NCBI GenBank assembly: GCA_043756885.1
Contig: JAYUQF010000161.1
Span: 1-39,189 of the forward strand
DNA: 39,189 nt
Source: Pseudomonadota bacterium
GTDB taxonomy: Bacteria > Pseudomonadota > Gammaproteobacteria > Ga0077536
Reading direction: 5' to 3'
A program made the translations under genes and the position numbers. The notes under the pieces are model-generated. The model was not told the DNA's origin and made no database searches. It saw only the letters and a list, made by a program, of their open reading frames with translations. Shown one piece after another: positions 35,590-39,189 of this stretch. Each line of letters begins with the position of its first letter. Position 1 is the first letter of the stretch.

Positions 35590-36834
35590 ATGAAACAAGA
35601 ACACCAGGTAGCGTTGATCAATCGTATGCTGGACTTGCTGGATACCGATCGCACCGATCGCGCCGACGTCATGATCCAAAGTCCAGCCTCAGCCTTCACG
35701 TGCAAGGATCTTGCCGCGCGTGAATGGAGCGCGTTTTTCCAGGGTCACCCGCAGATCCTCGGTATGTCGGCCGATTTGCCAAAGCCGGGTAGTTTCCTGA
35801 CCAATAACGATCTGGGTGTGCCCATTCTGGCGACCCGCGACAAAACCGGAAAATTTCGTGCATTTGTTAACAGCTGTCGGCACCGCGGTGCGATGGTGGT
35901 GCGCGACGCGCGTGGCGAAGGAAACCGCTTCAGCTGCATATTTCACGGCTGGAGTTACGCCAACGACGGCAATCTGCTGGGCGTCAAGCGCGCCGATAGC
36001 TTCGGTGCGCCGGATAAAAACTGCCTGGGCCTGGTCGAGCTGCCCAGCGCTGAAAAATATGGTCTGTTGGTAGTGCAGGCCAAGGACGGCACGAGCATCG
36101 ATGTGGATGCCCTGCTGGGCGCCGAGTTAGCCGGGCAGTTGGACGCCTGGAACCTGGGCGCTTCTACCTATATGAGCGAGCAACGCATCGAGATGCCGCT
36201 CAACTGGAAACTTGCCAATGACACGTATGGTGAGAACTATCATTTCGAAAATCTGCATGCCACAACCGTAAACAAAATCTTCATCGGCAATGTATCGACG
36301 TTTGATCAATATGGTCAAAATCACAGACTGACGGTGCCCAATCGTTATCTGGATAAATTACGCAAGCGCCCGCAAGCGCAGTGGAACGCCAGTGATGCGG
36401 CGGCGGTCGCCTACTTTGTTTTCCCCAATGCCCATTTTGTATTGTTCAACCGCATCGTATCGCTGTTTATTATTTATCCGGTGATGGGCAACCCGGGCGC
36501 GTCGTTTACGCGGGCCTACCACTACAGCGCGCAACATATCGGGGCCGAGGTAGCGGATCAGCCCGCCGCAGAGATCGCCCGTGACCGTGCCTTGTACAAC
36601 GCGGACAGTTCAACCCGGGTGGAATTTAACCGCAATGCAGCGGAGGAATTGGCCGATACCACCATCGCCGACGAAGACTACTGGGCCGGCACGATGACGC
36701 AGGTGTCTGCCAATAGCGGCACCATCGAGTATTTTGTCATCGGCCGCAACGAACCGGGTGTACAGCATATGCACCAGGCCTATCGTGTTGGTCTGGGATT
36801 GCCGCCGTTGGAGGAATATAGACCTGCAAGTTGA
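35590..36834 (+). CDS. Rieske non-heme iron oxygenase, alpha subunit
   Basis: Rieske motif CRHRG...CIFHGW; mononuclear Fe motif NWKL..D..GENYH....H and a later EDY. RBS GAGGGGAG precedes ATG 35590. Confidence 0.9.
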   Translation: MKQEHQVALINRMLDLLDTDRTDRADVMIQSPASAFTCKDLAAREWSAFFQGHPQILGMSADLPKPGSFLTNNDLGVPILATRDKTGKFRAFVNSCRHRGAMVVRDARGEGNRFSCIFHGWSYANDGNLLGVKRADSFGAPDKNCLGLVELPSAEKYGLLVVQAKDGTSIDVDALLGAELAGQLDAWNLGASTYMSEQRIEMPLNWKLANDTYGENYHFENLHATTVNKIFIGNVSTFDQYGQNHRLTVPNRYLDKLRKRPQAQWNASDAAAVAYFVFPNAHFVLFNRIVSLFIIYPVMGNPGASFTRAYHYSAQHIGAEVADQPAAEIARDRALYNADSSTRVEFNRNAAEELADTTIADEDYWAGTMTQVSANSGTIEYFVIGRNEPGVQHMHQAYRVGLGLPPLEEYRPAS

Positions 36835-36908
36835 GCGCCCGGTCTTCGCGCTACCTTTGTTACCTGCCTGTGAAGTGTCGCGTTGAGGCCCGCGGCACCT
36901 CATACAGG

Positions 36909-36945
36909 CCGCCATCAAAACAAGCGCTGCGGTTGTTGATGGTGG
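36909..36945. terminator. Imperfect hairpin between convergent genes
   Basis: CCGCCATCAAAAC...GTTGTTGATGGTGG. Confidence 0.35.
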
Positions 36946-36987
36946 ACTGGGCGCAGCCCTGACCCGGTGCCACCGGCGCGACGCGGC

Positions 36988-37389
36988 TCAGGTCACCGAT
37001 GCAAAAACCAGATCGGCGCCACCCTCGCGAGTTACAAATAGACCTGCGACCTGTACACCGATGCGTAGCTCACCACCGGACCAGCGCCCCAAAGCTCGTG
37101 GCCCCTCGTCGAGATCGACCATCACCAGGACATAAGGCACTTCGGTCACGAAGGCTGGATGATAAGGATGATGTGCCGTTGTCCAACTATGAATGCGGCC
37201 GCGGCCGCTGGCCTTGACCCAGCGCACGGCATCGCTGTAACAGCCTGCGCAAAGCAGGCGCGGGTAATGGCGCAGCGCTCCACAGCTTGCGCAGGCTTGC
37301 AGGCGCAACTCTCCACAGGCCACGCCATCCCAGTAGGGTTGCGACAATTGGGTGGGCGACACCGGGGGTTTGTGCGGGACTTGATTCAT
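36988..37389 (-). CDS. Zn-ribbon/OB-fold protein (DUF35, ChsH2 C-terminal-like)
   Basis: PYW......L..Q.CASCG...YPR..CAGC, SGRGRIHSWT and PYVLVMVDLDEGPR; follows a thiolase-like gene. Confidence 0.88.
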   Translation of the reverse strand: MNQVPHKPPVSPTQLSQPYWDGVACGELRLQACASCGALRHYPRLLCAGCYSDAVRWVKASGRGRIHSWTTAHHPYHPAFVTEVPYVLVMVDLDEGPRALGRWSGGELRIGVQVAGLFVTREGGADLVFASVT

Positions 37390-37397
37390 GGTCGTTG

Positions 37398-38549
37398 TTA
37401 CCTGTGCATGATGGCGATGCCGCCATCGCCCATATCGCCGTAACCCGTCACCAGGCCGACCTCGGCATGGATTACTTGCGCCCGTCCTGCATCACCGCGT
37501 AGTTGGCGCACCAATTCAACAATGTGGTTCATGCCCCACATATGGGCTTGTGATAACAGCCCGCCATGGGTGTTGGTCGGCAATGCGCCGCCCGGTCGCA
37601 GGCGGCCATCGGCCACAAACGGCCCACCTTCACCGCGTGCGCAAAAACCCATTTCCTCAAATTGACGCAACACCGCATAGGTGAAGCAGTCGTAAACTTG
37701 CGCAACGTCGATATCGTCATGACTGACACCAGCCATCTGGAACGCACGCGGCGCCGCTTTGCCCAAGCCCAGTGCGGCGATATCGGGCCGTTGGGTAATC
37801 GACGCCGGTGAATCCGGGTGGCCGGTGGCAACGCCGGAAATATAAACCGGCCGCTGTTTCAGATCGCGGGTGCGCTCAGCGGAACTCACCACCACCGCCG
37901 CGCCACCGTCGCTCTCCAGAGAGCAGTCAAACAGTCTGAAGGGATCGGCGATCATGCGTGAGTTACGGTGGTCGGCGAGTGTCATCGGCTTTTGCATAAG
38001 TGCATTGTCGTTGCGCATAGCGTGCTCGCGCATCGCAACCGCGATTTCGCCAAAGTGCTCGACGGTTGTACCGTAAAGCTCCATATGGCGGCGTGCCATC
38101 GGCGCGTAGATCTGCGCGGGTGCGGCCATGCCGGTCGCCAGTTCGAACTCGGTGACGTAATGAAACTGCGGCATCTGGTGAATGCGCGCACCGGCCTTGG
38201 CCGCAGCCGCGCTCACATTTCGACCAAATGCAATCAACACGTGATTACACACGCCGCCAGCCACCGCGAGCGTTGCCGCCTGCAAGGCCATCGCGGGACT
38301 GGCACCACCGTGGGGTATCAAGGCCGAAAAGCGCAGATCCGGAATGCCAAAATTGTCGATGAAATCTTCGGCGATAGCGCTGACAACGCCGATGGGGATC
38401 AACCCATCAATGTCTTTGGGTTCGAGGCCCGCGTCGCGTATGGCGGCCAGGGACGCCTGCAACTGCAAGCCGACCACACCCTGCTCGGCGCGTTTGCAGT
38501 AGAGCGTCTCACCGATCCCGCTCACACAAGCTTTGTCACGCAATTGCAC
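37398..38549 (-). CDS. Thiolase-like protein (SCP-x/Ltp2 type)
   Basis: Motifs SGIGET, DCSLESDGGAAVVV, YDCFT, NTHGGLLS and ELVRQLRG. GTG start at 38549 follows AAGGAG. Confidence 0.88.
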   Translation of the reverse strand: MQLRDKACVSGIGETLYCKRAEQGVVGLQLQASLAAIRDAGLEPKDIDGLIPIGVVSAIAEDFIDNFGIPDLRFSALIPHGGASPAMALQAATLAVAGGVCNHVLIAFGRNVSAAAAKAGARIHQMPQFHYVTEFELATGMAAPAQIYAPMARRHMELYGTTVEHFGEIAVAMREHAMRNDNALMQKPMTLADHRNSRMIADPFRLFDCSLESDGGAAVVVSSAERTRDLKQRPVYISGVATGHPDSPASITQRPDIAALGLGKAAPRAFQMAGVSHDDIDVAQVYDCFTYAVLRQFEEMGFCARGEGGPFVADGRLRPGGALPTNTHGGLLSQAHMWGMNHIVELVRQLRGDAGRAQVIHAEVGLVTGYGDMGDGGIAIMHR

Positions 38550-38590
38550 GTTGATTTCTCCTTGGGACACGTGTCTTGCTCGCACCAAGC

Positions 38591-39189
38591 TCAGACTGCG
38601 CCATCGATATAGGACTGCGCAACCTTGAGTCGATGACGCAGGATCAGCTCCTGATCTTGTAAATAGATTTCCTCCTTCACGCCGGACATCAACATCAGTT
38701 GGGTGCGTTCCAGCGTGCTGCCGTCTTCGAGCAAGGTGTCGCGAAAGGAACACTTACCGTATTCCTGGGCAAAACGTTGCGCCATATTTGTCGCCGGCGG
38801 TGCATAGGTACAGATCTCCCAGCGGCAGCGATCTTCAGCCAGTGGCCAGAAGATATGGGTGAGATAGGTACCCTGCGACACATAAATCAGGCAATTCGGG
38901 AACACCGCCAGGCCATCGAAGGACCAGTTGGGGTAACCGCTGGGATTAACCCCTTTGGGGAACGCGCTGGTATCGGTGTTGACCTGTTGCAGCACCACAT
39001 CGCCATAGCGGCCAGCCAAGGTCTCGACCGCTGTTGCCTGGTGATCGGGATTAGCCGCTAAGGACACACGTGCATGACGTCCGAATATTTTGAATTCCAG
39101 CGCGTGGGCAAAAGGATTGGTTTTGCTTGCATATACATCGCCGATCATGCGTCGGTGCAGGGTCGGGATGTGATAGATCTCGGCAAACG
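38591..39189 (-). CDS. Rieske oxygenase alpha subunit, C-terminal catalytic domain (5'-truncated by the window edge)
   Basis: The frame is open to the window end and reads FAEIYHIPTLH (E.YH....H), then VFPN, WP, ED...LE..Q and QE..LRH. Confidence 0.8.
   Translation of the reverse strand, partial: FAEIYHIPTLHRRMIGDVYASKTNPFAHALEFKIFGRHARVSLAANPDHQATAVETLAGRYGDVVLQQVNTDTSAFPKGVNPSGYPNWSFDGLAVFPNCLIYVSQGTYLTHIFWPLAEDRCRWEICTYAPPATNMAQRFAQEYGKCSFRDTLLEDGSTLERTQLMLMSGVKEEIYLQDQELILRHRLKVAQSYIDGAV

Noticed and set aside
1-39189. CRISPR array, tRNA, rRNA or prophage genes
   Set aside because: I recognised no regularly spaced repeats, tRNA/rRNA signatures or phage proteins by eye. A covariance-model scan would be needed to exclude small RNAs fully.

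Overview
GC-rich bacterial chromosomal window, most consistent with a gammaproteobacterium judging by the housekeeping genes. It has three blocks. (1) 1-10 kb, housekeeping: a candidate Rsm/Csr-type GGA-hairpin RNA, fdxA, mutS, htpG with a sigma32 promoter, prmB, aroC, glcE and glcF. (2) 10-28.2 kb, a hopanoid/isoprenoid cluster: mlaA-like, hpnM, hpnB, hpnH, dxs, hpnL-like, hpnA, hpnG and a squalene synthase. A complete 2-aminoethylphosphonate (AEP) pathway sits inside it: 2OG-Fe(II) oxygenase, cytidylyltransferase, PEP mutase fused to a nucleotidyltransferase, phosphonopyruvate decarboxylase and AEP transaminase. A CDP-alcohol phosphotransferase lies within the sqs-hpnG-hpnA run, overlapping hpnA. 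An apparently intact 1.93-kb ISAs1-family element interrupts the cluster; it has a 10-bp target duplication, 17-bp imperfect IRs, an N-terminal DUF4338-like domain and an A_AAA_AAG -1 frameshift. (3) 28.2-39.2 kb, accessory catabolic-type enzymes: CoA-transferase III, epoxide hydrolase, VOC protein, lactonase, SnoaL protein, amidohydrolase, two Rieske oxygenase alpha subunits and a thiolase-like/OB-fold pair. The main hypothesis is a pathway making phosphonate-decorated hopanoids, or phosphonolipids co-regulated with hopanoids. All calls come from reading motifs by eye; no database searches were run.
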